A stretch of DNA of 64,000 bases from Dinoroseobacter sp. S76. Its GTDB lineage: Bacteria > Pseudomonadota > Alphaproteobacteria > Rhodobacterales > Rhodobacteraceae. The position numbers and the translations under genes were made by a program. This document shows positions 9,642 through 18,806 of the stretch, piece by piece. Position 1 is the first letter of the stretch. Each line of letters starts with the position of its first letter. The notes under the pieces were generated by a model, which ran no database searches, had not been told where the DNA came from, and worked only from the letters and a program-made list of their open reading frames with translations. Where the stretch lies: assembly GCF_049801095.1 (NCBI RefSeq), contig NZ_JBNAGH010000001.1, positions 612,208-676,207 on the forward strand, read 5' to 3'.

Positions 9642-10214
9642 TCAGGACGGCAACAGACCCTCTTCGGTCACCAAACCGTCGAGGGGCTGATCCGTCTTCT
9701 CTCGGGGCAGTGGGTCCGGGGCCTCTTGCGCCGCATAGGCCAGACCGATGGCGCGCACGGGCCCCGCCGCACGCAAAAGCGCGAGCGTCCGGTCATAGTA
9801 CCCGCCCCCATAGCCCAGGCGCGCGCCCGCCCGGTCAAAGGCCACGAGGGGCACGATCACAACGCTGGGCTGCACGATCTCGGCCTGGCGCGGGACCTGG
9901 GCGCCGAACGGCCCCTCGACCATCTCGGTCTCGGGCGTCCAGCGGTGAAAGAGCAGCGGTTGCCCTTTGCCCTGAATGACCGGGACGCAGAGGGTTCGGG
10001 TCGCGGACAGCGCAGTCATTGCGGGCAGAGGCGACATCTCGCTGCGGATCGGCATATAGCCCGATACCGCACCCGGAGGTGCATCCCGAAGCACATCGAG
10101 CAGAGCCGCAGTCGCCGCCGCAACCCAGGGAAACCCCGCTGCGCGATCCGCATCAAAGGCGGCCTTGCGGCGGGCAAAGGCCGCCTTCCGAGCCGCAGCC
10201 TTGGCGGCGGTCAT
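9642..10214 (-). CDS. 5-formyltetrahydrofolate cyclo-ligase
   Basis: 'GYGGGYYDR' and 'PLVAFD' motifs. Start is placed at ATG 10214; the track ORF extends out of frame into mgtE. Confidence 0.75.
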   Translation of the reverse strand: MTAAKAAARKAAFARRKAAFDADRAAGFPWVAAATAALLDVLRDAPPGAVSGYMPIRSEMSPLPAMTALSATRTLCVPVIQGKGQPLLFHRWTPETEMVEGPFGAQVPRQAEIVQPSVVIVPLVAFDRAGARLGYGGGYYDRTLALLRAAGPVRAIGLAYAAQEAPDPLPREKTDQPLDGLVTEEGLLPS

Positions 10215-10231
10215 GGGGTCGTCGGGCCTCG

Positions 10232-11614
10232 TCACAGCAAGATCATCGACGCAAAACCGAGGAAGACGAAGAACCCCACCACATCCGTTACCGTCGTCAC
10301 GAAGGTGCCAGAGGCCAGAGCCGGGTCGATCCCCAGCTTGTCCAGCGCCAACGGGATCAGCAGCCCCGCGAACCCGGCAACGGCCAGGTTCACCACCATC
10401 GCCACGGCGATGACCAGCGCCAGCACCGGCGTGCCAAACCAGATCAGGCTGACCCCGCCCATGATCAGCGCAAAGACCGCCCCGTTGAGTGTGCTGGCCA
10501 TGACCTCGCGCCGGAGCACCCGCCAGGCGTTCGAGCCCGTCAGGTCCTTCGTGGCAATCGCGCGCACCGCCACGGTGAGGGATTGTGTGCCGGCATTTCC
10601 GCCCATGGAGGCAACAATGGGCATCAGCACCGCGAGGGCGACGACCTGCGAGATCACATCCTCGAACAGCGAGATCACCAGCGAGGCAATGATCGCCGTC
10701 AGAAGGTTCACGCCCAGCCAGGGAAAGCGCTGCTTGGTGATGTCCCATGTGGTGTCCGAGACCGACTCGTCGCCCACACCGGCCAGACGCAGGATATCCT
10801 CGTTATGCTCCTCATCGAGCACGACCATGGCGTCATCGATGGTGATCACCCCGACCAGCCGGTCATCGGCGTCCACCACCGGGGCCGAGATCAGGTGATA
10901 CTGGTTGAACGCATAGGCCACGTCGCTTTCGGGTTGGGTCACCGGAATAGTCCGGAAGGTATCCTCGGTCAGATCCAGAAGCGGCACCTCGCGCCGCGCG
11001 CCCAGCATCCGGCCGAGCGTTACATAGGCCGTGGGGCGCATGCGCGGATCCACGAGGATGATGTGGTAGAACTGCTCCGGCAGATCCTCTTCGGCGCGGA
11101 TATGATCGATGGCCTGCCCGACGGTCCAATGTTCGGGCGTCATCACCAGCTCGCGCTGCATCAGGCGGCCCGCGGAATACTCGGGGTATTGCAGCGACTG
11201 CTCGACAGCGACCCGATCCGGCGCCTCCAGCACCTCGAGAATCGCGCTTTGCTGTTCGGCGTCGAGATCCTCGACCAGATCGACCACATCGTCGCTCTCA
11301 AGATCGCGGACGGCATCGGCCAGCACGGTCTTGGGCAGGGCGTCGATCACCTCTTCGCGCAGCCCCTCGTCGAGCTCCGAGAGGACCGCACCGACCTCAT
11401 CGGAGGTCCAGATCTCAAGGAGTGCGCGCAAGCGCCCTGAACCGATCTGCTCAAAAAGGTCCGCGATATCAGCCGGGTGCATCGGCTCGAGGATCTCGGC
11501 CACCAGCGCCGGGTCTTCGGCGTCGAGCGCATCATAGAGGGTGGTGACCACGTCCCGGTCGAGGGCGTAATCCTCCTCCTGCATCTCTTCGATGGGTTGC
11601 GGGCTGTCCGCCAT
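10232..11614 (-). CDS. mgtE: Magnesium transporter MgtE
   Basis: N-domain, tandem CBS pair and C-terminal 5-TM MgtE domain ('VLMPIVASMGGNAGTQ'). Start is placed at ATG 11614 ('MADSPQP'). Confidence 0.9.
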   Translation of the reverse strand: MADSPQPIEEMQEEDYALDRDVVTTLYDALDAEDPALVAEILEPMHPADIADLFEQIGSGRLRALLEIWTSDEVGAVLSELDEGLREEVIDALPKTVLADAVRDLESDDVVDLVEDLDAEQQSAILEVLEAPDRVAVEQSLQYPEYSAGRLMQRELVMTPEHWTVGQAIDHIRAEEDLPEQFYHIILVDPRMRPTAYVTLGRMLGARREVPLLDLTEDTFRTIPVTQPESDVAYAFNQYHLISAPVVDADDRLVGVITIDDAMVVLDEEHNEDILRLAGVGDESVSDTTWDITKQRFPWLGVNLLTAIIASLVISLFEDVISQVVALAVLMPIVASMGGNAGTQSLTVAVRAIATKDLTGSNAWRVLRREVMASTLNGAVFALIMGGVSLIWFGTPVLALVIAVAMVVNLAVAGFAGLLIPLALDKLGIDPALASGTFVTTVTDVVGFFVFLGFASMILL

Positions 11615-11750
11615 GCCTGCCTCCGGACCTGCGCGGGCCTGCGCCGAGCCACGCTGCGGGGACCATAGACAGGGCGCGCCGCGAAGGCGAGCCGCTCCGA
11701 GCGGAAATTCGACATTTACCCCGCTGGGCGTCCTGCCTACGGTGCTGCAC

Positions 11751-13037
11751 ATGCAGCATCATCTCGTGACCGGGCAAACGCTCGAATTCTTGGACAATCC
11801 CTTGCGCGCGCCTTGGCAGGACTGCGTCCGCATCGACAGCGCCGGGGCGGTGCGGATCGAAGGCGGCAAGATCGCCGAAATCGGCCCCGCCGCTGCCCTG
11901 CGGGCGGCCCATCCCGCCCTGCCTGTGACCGATATGGGCGATGCGCTGCTGCTGCCCGGTTTCGTGGATGCCCATGCGCATTACCCGCAAACCGCGATGA
12001 TCGCGAGCTGGGGCAAACGGCTGATCGACTGGCTCAACAGCTATACCTTCCCCGAGGAGCTGCGCTTTGCCGACCCGGATTACGCCGCAAAGATCGCGGC
12101 GCGCTATTTCGATCTGACCCTCGCCCATGGCACGACCACGGTTTGCGCCTATTCCACGGTCCATCCCGCAAGCGTGGAGGCGTTTTTCACCGAGGCGCAG
12201 GCGCGCGGGCTGCGCGCCCTGACCGGCAAGACCTGCATGGATCGCAACGCGCCGGAGGGCCTGACCGATACCGCGCAGAGCGCCTATGACGACAGCAAAC
12301 GCCTGCTGGAGGCCTGGCACGGGGTCGACCGGCTGTCCTATGTGATCACGCCGCGCTTCTCACCGACCTCAACGCGGGAGCAGCTGAGCGCCCTTGGTGC
12401 GCTTTACGGCGAGCATCCCGATTGCCTGATGCAGACGCATATCTCCGAGCAGACCGACGAGATCGCCTGGGTCGCCGAGCTCTTTCCCGAGGCGCGCGAC
12501 TATCTCGACACCTATGAGGCCGCTGGGCTGCTCGGGCCCACGGGGCTTTTTGGCCATGCGATCCACCTGATGGCGCGCGAGGTCGACCGGCTGGCCGAGA
12601 CCGGGGCGGCGGTGGTGCATTGTCCGACCTCGAACACCTTTATCGGTTCGGGCCTGTTTGACATGGCCGGGCTCGCGCCGCGCCTGCCCGTGGGGCTGGC
12701 CACGGATACGGGCGGCGGGTCGAGCTTTTCCATGCTGCGCACCATGGCCGCAGCCTATGAGATCGGGCAGCTGCGCGGTACGGCCGTGCATCCGGCGCAG
12801 CTCTTGTGGCTGGCCACCGCAGGCTCCGCCGAGGCGCTGCATCTGGGCGATCGGATCGGACGGCTCGCCCCGGGGATGGAGGCGGATCTGATCGCGCTCG
12901 ATCTCGCCTCGACCCCGGCGATTTCCCAGCGCTACGCCGAGGCGGATGATCTCTGGGAGGCGGTGTTTCCTACCATCATGATGGGCGATGACCGGGCGAT
13001 TGCCGGGGTCTGGATCGCGGGCGACCGGCGGATCTGA
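11751..13037 (+). CDS. guaD: Guanine deaminase
   Basis: Amidohydrolase with 'PGFVDAHAHYPQ' metal site and a guanine-deaminase-type C-terminus. Start is placed at ATG 11751 ('MQHHLVTG'). Confidence 0.85.
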   Translation: MQHHLVTGQTLEFLDNPLRAPWQDCVRIDSAGAVRIEGGKIAEIGPAAALRAAHPALPVTDMGDALLLPGFVDAHAHYPQTAMIASWGKRLIDWLNSYTFPEELRFADPDYAAKIAARYFDLTLAHGTTTVCAYSTVHPASVEAFFTEAQARGLRALTGKTCMDRNAPEGLTDTAQSAYDDSKRLLEAWHGVDRLSYVITPRFSPTSTREQLSALGALYGEHPDCLMQTHISEQTDEIAWVAELFPEARDYLDTYEAAGLLGPTGLFGHAIHLMAREVDRLAETGAAVVHCPTSNTFIGSGLFDMAGLAPRLPVGLATDTGGGSSFSMLRTMAAAYEIGQLRGTAVHPAQLLWLATAGSAEALHLGDRIGRLAPGMEADLIALDLASTPAISQRYAEADDLWEAVFPTIMMGDDRAIAGVWIAGDRRI

Positions 13038-13042
13038 GCCGG

Positions 13043-13504
13043 TCAGCAGGCCCGGGCGTAGGTCATCACCCAGATATCGCCCGTCCCGCGCGCGGTTCCG
13101 GCGGCCTTGGGGTCAGGGCTGAGCAGATTGCGACGATGCCCCTCGGAGCCAAGCCAGGCGCGCAGCACCTGGTCCGCGTCGCGTTGGCCTTTGGCGATAT
13201 TCTCCGCCGCATAGCAGGCCTCATAACCCGCCGCGCGCATCCGGCGCAGCGGGGTCGATCCATCGGGCGCCACATGGTCGAAATAGCCCTTCTCCGCCAT
13301 GTCCTGCGCATGGGCAATGGCCGCACGGTCGAGCGCCGAATTCGACGCAAGTGCGCCCTGCCCCGCGTCGCGGCGCGCCCCGTTCACGACGGCCAAGAGC
13401 TCTGGTGCAGAGCTCGCCGTGGCATTCTGTACGGGCGCGATCCCCGGCCCCGCGCCACTGCATCCGGCGAGAAGCAAGGCGGCGAGCCACACCCCGCGGC
13501 TCAT
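13043..13504 (-). CDS. CAP/SCP (cysteine-rich secretory protein family) lipoprotein
   Basis: Lipobox 'LLAGCSG'; CAP-domain motifs 'GYFDH' and 'GENIA'. Confidence 0.7.
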   Translation of the reverse strand: MSRGVWLAALLLAGCSGAGPGIAPVQNATASSAPELLAVVNGARRDAGQGALASNSALDRAAIAHAQDMAEKGYFDHVAPDGSTPLRRMRAAGYEACYAAENIAKGQRDADQVLRAWLGSEGHRRNLLSPDPKAAGTARGTGDIWVMTYARAC

Positions 13505-14841
13505 GTCATCAACCGGTTGAGGCAGCGGGTCTGCTCCGCCACCAGTGCGGCCGCATCCCGGCGCACCAGCTGGCTTTCGCGGACCACGGGCTTGCCCTCG
13601 ACAAAAAGGTCCCGCACGCCGCTGGGACCGGAGAGCAGCAGGGCCGCCACCGGATCCCAGGCCCCGGCGGCTTCCAACCCGGACACATCCCAGACCGCAA
13701 TATCCGCGCGCATCCCGACCACCAGCTGACCGAGATCGTCGCGGCCCAGCACCTCGGCCCCGCCCCGCGTGGCAATCTCGAGCATCTCGCGCGCGCTCAT
13801 GGCATCGGCGCCGCTCTGAACCCGCTGCAGCAGGAAGGCCATGCGCGCCTCGGCCATCATCCCATTGCCATCATTGGAGGCCGACCCATCCACGCCCAGC
13901 GCCACATGCACTCCCGCATCCCGCATGGCCCGCACGGGCGCGATGCCCGAACCGAGGCGACAGTTGGAGCAGGGGCAATGGGCGACGCCGGTGCGGCTGC
14001 GGGCGAAGAGGTCGATCTCGCTCTCATCGAGCTTGACGCAATGGGCGTGCCAGACATCCTCGCCCGTCCAGCCCAGCTCCTCGGCATATTGCCCGGGACG
14101 GCAGCCGAACTGCGCCTCGGAATAGGCGATATCCTCGTCATTCTCGGCCAGATGGGTATGCAGCATCACGCCCTTGTCCCGCGCGAGGATGGCGGCGTCC
14201 CGCATCAGCCCGCGGCTGACGGAAAAGGGCGAACACGGCGCCACGCCAACCCGGACCATGGCGCCGGGGTTCGGGTCGTGGAACGCGTCGATCACGCGGA
14301 TCGCATCGTCGAGGATCGCGGCCTCATCCTCCACCAGACTGTCGGGTGGCAGGCCCCCATCGCTCTCGCCGATGCTCATGGCCCCGCGCGTTGGGTGAAA
14401 ACGCAACCCGATCTCTGCCGCGGCCTCAATCGTGTCCTCGAGCCGCACGCCGTTGGGATAGAGATAGAGGTGATCGGAGCTCAGGCTGCAGCCGGTCAGC
14501 GCCAGTTCCGCCAACCCGACCTCCGCCGAGATCCGCATATCCTCGGGCGTCATACGCGCCCAGATCGGATAGAGGGTCTGCAACCAGCCAAAGAGCAGCG
14601 CGTCTTGGGCGGCTGGGACAGCCCGGGTCAGGGTCTGGTAGAGATGGTGGTGGGTGTTCACGAGGCCCGGCGTCACCACGCAGCCCGAAACATCCAGCGT
14701 CTCGGCCCCGTCCAGCGGCAGATCCGTACCAATGGCGGTGATCACCCCGCCCTCGATCCGCAGGTCGCAATCGCTGATCTCGCGTCGCGCATCGTCCATC
14801 GTGACCAGAACACGGGCCTTGCGGAGGATGAGCGCGCTCAT
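13501..14841 (-). CDS. Amidohydrolase of the 8-oxoguanine deaminase / SsnA / AtzB-like group (COG0402)
   Basis: 'PGLVNTHHHLYQ' metal-binding motif and a 'HCVKL…HCPCSNCRLG' C-terminal region. Start is placed at ATG 14841 ('MSALILRKARV'). Confidence 0.75.
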   Translation of the reverse strand: MSALILRKARVLVTMDDARREISDCDLRIEGGVITAIGTDLPLDGAETLDVSGCVVTPGLVNTHHHLYQTLTRAVPAAQDALLFGWLQTLYPIWARMTPEDMRISAEVGLAELALTGCSLSSDHLYLYPNGVRLEDTIEAAAEIGLRFHPTRGAMSIGESDGGLPPDSLVEDEAAILDDAIRVIDAFHDPNPGAMVRVGVAPCSPFSVSRGLMRDAAILARDKGVMLHTHLAENDEDIAYSEAQFGCRPGQYAEELGWTGEDVWHAHCVKLDESEIDLFARSRTGVAHCPCSNCRLGSGIAPVRAMRDAGVHVALGVDGSASNDGNGMMAEARMAFLLQRVQSGADAMSAREMLEIATRGGAEVLGRDDLGQLVVGMRADIAVWDVSGLEAAGAWDPVAALLLSGPSGVRDLFVEGKPVVRESQLVRRDAAALVAEQTRCLNRLMT

Positions 14842-15662
14842 GCGGGCACCTCGCGCAGGATTTCGAGCGCTGCGGCGTGGATCTCGGGGCTGCCTGCGGC
14901 CAATGCGCGTCCGCCGCCATGGGCCGGGCCGCCCTGCCAATCGGTGACGATGCCGCCCGCCGCCTCGATCACCGCGATGGGCGCGCAAATGTCATAGGAT
15001 TGCAGCCCCGCTTCGATCACGAGGTCCACCTGCCCGGCCGCGAGCAGGCCGTAAGCGTAGCAATCCATGCCATAGCGGGTCAGGCGGCACTGGCGCGCGA
15101 CCTCCTGAAAGCCGCGCTGCTCCGTGGCGCTGCCCACTTCGGGATAGGTGGTGAAAATCGTGGCCTCGGCGAGCGCCGCACAGGGGCGCGTGCGCAGCGG
15201 GGCGCTGCCTCGTGGGCCGGTGACGGTTGCCCGACCGGTGCCACCGGAGAACCGCTCGCCAATATAGGGCTGATCAATGACACCCAACCGGGGGCCATCC
15301 GCGTCGTTCAACGAAATCAGCACGCCCCAGGTGGGCGTGCCGGACATGTAGGCGCGGGTGCCATCAATGGGATCGAGCACCCATGTCAGGCCGGAGGTTC
15401 CTGACACGGGGCCGAATTCTTCGCCAAGAATGCCGTCATCCGGCCGAAGCTCCGCCAGAACGGCGCGCATGGCTTTCTCACTCGCGCGATCAGCCTCGGT
15501 CACGGGATCGAACGCGGCCACCCCAGCCTTGTTTTCGATCCCGAGCCCCTGCTCGCGAAAGCGGGACAGGGTCGGCGCGCGGGCCGCATCGGCGAGCGCG
15601 TCTGCCACAGCCCAAAGCTCTTGCGCGGGGAACGCCTCCCCGGTCTCAACTGGCGTGTTCAT
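14838..15662 (-). CDS. Inositol monophosphatase family protein (HisN-like histidinol-phosphatase)
   Basis: 'WVLDPIDGT' and 'WDxAA'-like IMPase motifs; 4-nt overlap with the upstream amidohydrolase gene. Confidence 0.8.
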   Translation of the reverse strand: MNTPVETGEAFPAQELWAVADALADAARAPTLSRFREQGLGIENKAGVAAFDPVTEADRASEKAMRAVLAELRPDDGILGEEFGPVSGTSGLTWVLDPIDGTRAYMSGTPTWGVLISLNDADGPRLGVIDQPYIGERFSGGTGRATVTGPRGSAPLRTRPCAALAEATIFTTYPEVGSATEQRGFQEVARQCRLTRYGMDCYAYGLLAAGQVDLVIEAGLQSYDICAPIAVIEAAGGIVTDWQGGPAHGGGRALAAGSPEIHAAALEILREVPA

Positions 15663-15719
15663 CGGGTCTCTCCCGCGGTTACGAAACCGCGCTACAGACC
15701 GCGATGGCTCAGGTCAAGC

Positions 15720-16091
15720 TCAGGCCGCGTCGCTGAGAACCCGTGCGAGGTCGAAGAGACGGCGCCGCTGGGTTTCCGGGATCGCGTAATAGGAGCGCAC
15801 AAGTTCCAGCGCTTCCTTGTCCGATAGCAGATCGCCCGGCATGTCCATCTCGTGGGCCTCGGCCACCTGAGCTGCACCCAGACCTTCGAAGAAGAAGCTC
15901 ACCGGAACACCCAATGCAGACGCGATTTCCCACAGACGGGACGCGCTGACGCGATTCATGCCGGTCTCGTATTTCTGAATCTGTTGAAACTTGATTCCAA
16001 CCTTGTCGGCCAATTGCTGCTGGGTCATACCCACCATCCAGCGGCGGTGACGCACGCGTTTGCCCACATGGACATCAACGGGATGTTTCAT
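15720..16091 (-). CDS. XRE-family HTH transcriptional regulator
   Basis: 'MTQQQLADKVGIKFQQIQKYETGMNRVSASRLWEIASALGV' is a Cro/C1-type HTH. Confidence 0.8.
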   Translation of the reverse strand: MKHPVDVHVGKRVRHRRWMVGMTQQQLADKVGIKFQQIQKYETGMNRVSASRLWEIASALGVPVSFFFEGLGAAQVAEAHEMDMPGDLLSDKEALELVRSYYAIPETQRRRLFDLARVLSDAA

Positions 16092-16287
16092 AGAACGCTC
16101 CTTTTCTCCTGTGGGTTTATCAAGCTAGTTTCGTGCCAAGTGAGCCATATGTCGGTAAAGAATCTGTCGACTGGTCCAAAAAAAACGACTCGCCCTTGGA
16201 AAACCTAGCAACTTCCTAAACATGAAGTGCTAACGCATATTTCCCCAAGCGGGTTATTGCCGGTAGCAGCTAGTCTCCTTATAGGTG

Positions 16288-16343
16288 TTTTGCATTTTGC
16301 AACGCATTTTGCAATACATCCTTCGGTAGATTCCTATTTTGCA
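16288..16343. promoter_or_regulatory. Four copies of TTTTGCA(A) in the XRE/qor divergent intergenic region (candidate operator array)
   Basis: gtgTTTTGCAtTTTGCAAcgcaTTTTGCAAtac…ctaTTTTGCActg lies within a 385-nt AT-richer intergenic region, unusually long for this genome. Confidence 0.35.
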
Positions 16344-16476
16344 CTGCATTCCGCCAAGATCCGGCGGCCCTTTGCCGATGGGGATGGGCGGGTCTCTGCT
16401 GGTCGTTGCCCGCCGCCATCGCTACAGTCTTGCCCGAAGTCAGATCCGGGTCCTCGGGCCCCAGCCGGAGAACCTC

Positions 16477-17436
16477 ATGCGCGCGTTCCGTATCCAGTCC
16501 TACGAGACCCCCCCTCAGATCGAAGACATTCCCCTCCCCGAGCCCGCAGCAGGGGAAGTGCGCCTCAAGATCGAGGCCTGCGGCCTGAATTTTGCGGATC
16601 TACTCATGTCAAAGGGCAAGTATCAGGAGAAACCTGCGCTGCCGACAACCCTCGGGATGGAAGTGGCAGGCGTGATCGACGCCCATGGCCCGGGGACCGA
16701 GGCGCCGCCGGTGGGCACCCGGGTCGCGCTCTTTGGCGGTCGGGGCGGGCTGGCCGAATATGGCTGCTTTCCAGCCGAGCGCTGCGTGCCCCTGCCGGAT
16801 GGGATGCCCGCCGCGGATGCCGCCGGGTTCCAGATCGCCTATGGCACCTCCCATCTGGCGCTGGAGCATACGGCCCATCTGAAGCGGGGCGAGACGCTTC
16901 TGGTTCTGGGCGCGGCAGGCGGTGTAGGCCTGACAGCGGTGGAGATTGGCAAGCTCATGGGCGCCAAGGTCATCGCCAGCGCGCGCGGCGCGGACAAGCT
17001 GCAAAGGGCCAAGGAGGCCGGGGCCGACCACCTGATCGACAGCGATGCAGGCGATTTGCGCGAGGCGGTCAAGGCGCTCGGAGGCGCAGATGTTGTCTAT
17101 GACCCCGTGGGGGGCGACGCTTTCACCGAGGCGATGCGGGCCTGCAACCCGGAGGCGCGCATGCTGATCATCGGCTTTGCCTCGGGGGATCTGCCGCAGA
17201 TCAAGCCGAACCACCTGCTGGTCAAGAACATCTCGGTACAGGGTTTTTACTGGGGCGGGTTTCTGACCTTCAATCCCAAGGCCCTCACGGACAGTCTCGC
17301 GACCCTGTTTGAGTGGTACGGCGCGGGCAAGATCTCCCCCCATGTGAGCCATGTGCTGCCGCTGGATCAGGCGGCGGAGGGGCTGGAACTGCTGCGCAGC
17401 CGCGCCTCAACCGGGAAGGTCGTAATCGAGATCTGA
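16477..17436 (+). CDS. qor: NADPH:quinone oxidoreductase (zinc-type alcohol dehydrogenase superfamily)
   Basis: MDR fold with 'GAAGGVG' NAD(P)-binding motif. Start is placed at ATG 16477 ('MRAFRIQSYE'). Confidence 0.85.
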   Translation: MRAFRIQSYETPPQIEDIPLPEPAAGEVRLKIEACGLNFADLLMSKGKYQEKPALPTTLGMEVAGVIDAHGPGTEAPPVGTRVALFGGRGGLAEYGCFPAERCVPLPDGMPAADAAGFQIAYGTSHLALEHTAHLKRGETLLVLGAAGGVGLTAVEIGKLMGAKVIASARGADKLQRAKEAGADHLIDSDAGDLREAVKALGGADVVYDPVGGDAFTEAMRACNPEARMLIIGFASGDLPQIKPNHLLVKNISVQGFYWGGFLTFNPKALTDSLATLFEWYGAGKISPHVSHVLPLDQAAEGLELLRSRASTGKVVIEI

Positions 17437-17439
17437 GGC

Positions 17440-18294
17440 TCAAAGCTGCGCGTAGGCCTGCCGCAGGAGATCCGCGAGCGCGTCCCGCACCGGATCGCCC
17501 GCCGCGCGGTGACCATAGAGCACGATCTGCTTGGTCGCGAGCTTCGGCAGCTCGCCCCCATGGGAAATCCGCTCCAGATGGGCGGGCTCGGTCCCCTCGA
17601 TCACTGCATGCACCGCCATATCCGCCGCCACGATCGGCTCGATGGTGCGCGCAGACTCAGCTTGCACGGTCATGGACCAATCCATGCCCGCCTCATCCAG
17701 AGCCAATTGCACGGAATCCTTGAAAAGGCAGCTCTGCTCGAAGGCGAGCGGCAAGGGACGGCGGCGCCAGGCCTGACCACCCACGGCACCGATCCAGACC
17801 AGCGGCAGGGCCGCCAAAGCCTCCCCGCCGCGCTCCACATGATCCTCGGTGGTCAGGATCAGATCGCATTCGCCATTCGCCAGAAATTCCTTCAGACGCA
17901 TGGTGAAGCTTGAAATCAGGTCGACCTTCACCCGCGGATAGTCCTGGGTGAACCGGGCGAGCACCTGCGGGATCGCCGGGTAGACAATGTCATGGGGCAC
18001 GCCGAGGGCGATCTTCCCCTCGAAGGCCTGATCGGTCATCCGCGCATAAATCTCGTCATTCAGCGCCAGCATCCGCTTGGCATAGGAGAGGAGCTGATCC
18101 CCCGTGGGCGTCAGCGCGATCCCCCGCCCCGACCGATCCAGAAGCGCGAGCCCGAGACTTTCCTCCAACCGCTTGAGCTGCATGGAGACCGCCGATTGGG
18201 TGAGGTTCAAGAGCCCGGCGGCCTTGGTCACCCCACCGGATTCCGCCACGGAGACGAAAGAGCGCAAAGCCGTCAGGTCGAGATTGCGGGGCAT
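17440..18294 (-). CDS. LysR-family transcriptional regulator
   Basis: N-terminal LysR HTH ('LRSFVSVAESGGVTKAAGLLNLTQSAVSMQLKRLE') plus substrate-binding domain. Confidence 0.9.
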   Translation of the reverse strand: MPRNLDLTALRSFVSVAESGGVTKAAGLLNLTQSAVSMQLKRLEESLGLALLDRSGRGIALTPTGDQLLSYAKRMLALNDEIYARMTDQAFEGKIALGVPHDIVYPAIPQVLARFTQDYPRVKVDLISSFTMRLKEFLANGECDLILTTEDHVERGGEALAALPLVWIGAVGGQAWRRRPLPLAFEQSCLFKDSVQLALDEAGMDWSMTVQAESARTIEPIVAADMAVHAVIEGTEPAHLERISHGGELPKLATKQIVLYGHRAAGDPVRDALADLLRQAYAQL

Positions 18295-18419
18295 GTATCA
18301 CCTTTCATGATTTCGAGCATCACAATCATTCGTTTTTAAAATGAGTCAAGGCCTGCCATATACATCAGAAAAGGTGATGACCTTTACGCAAACCATCGCA
18401 AATCAGAAAGGATAGACCC

Positions 18420-18638
18420 ATGCGTGCCTCCCTCCCCCTATCCGCGTCCCTTCCTGCGCCCCGTCCTGCGCGCTTTTCCCTTCCGCGCCTTGTGCATCTG
18501 CTGACCCTTGGCCGAACGCGCAAGCAATTGCGCGGTCTTGATGCCCATATGCTGAACGATATCGGCCTGTCCCGCGAGGCCGCAGATCGCGAATCCGAGC
18601 GTCCGATCTGGGATGTGCCGCAAGGCTGGCGCAAATAA
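18420..18638 (+). CDS. DUF1127 small protein
   Basis: 'LNDIGLSR' C-terminal motif; divergent from the LysR gene, the usual arrangement. Confidence 0.7.
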   Translation: MRASLPLSASLPAPRPARFSLPRLVHLLTLGRTRKQLRGLDAHMLNDIGLSREAADRESERPIWDVPQGWRK

Positions 18639-18806
18639 GGTGCGTCAAAAACACGGCTTTTACGATCCACCATTAAAATGAAGGGGGAATCTGCTACCAA
18701 GAAGGCCGGTTTCCCCGCAGCACACTCTTGAAAACTCGGCCATGTTCGCCAATATCAGTGGCAATCCGGGCCGCGCCATCGGCTCGTCTTTTTCAAGGAG
18801 GGTTCA

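Noticed and set aside
9571-10232. 6S RNA (ssrS) upstream of the 5-FCL gene, as in enterobacteria
   Set aside because: There is no intergenic space, since mgtE ends 18 nt after the 5-FCL start. The 71-nt spacer between 5-FCL and ymdB is too short.
9726-11440. 390-aa and 473-aa plus-strand ORFs antisense to 5-FCL and mgtE
   Set aside because: They are antisense to mgtE (CBS pair plus MgtE membrane domain) and 5-FCL. The translations are Arg/His/Gly-rich.
11615-11750. Possible Mg2+ (M-box) riboswitch in the mgtE leader
   Set aside because: The spacer is only 136 nt, it is shared with the divergent guaD promoter, and no M-box conserved segments were recognisable.
13351-14997. 548-aa plus-strand ORF antisense to the 8-oxoguanine-deaminase-like gene
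   Set aside because: The minus-strand frame has the amidohydrolase HHH…H…H…D metal ligands. The plus-frame product is low-complexity.
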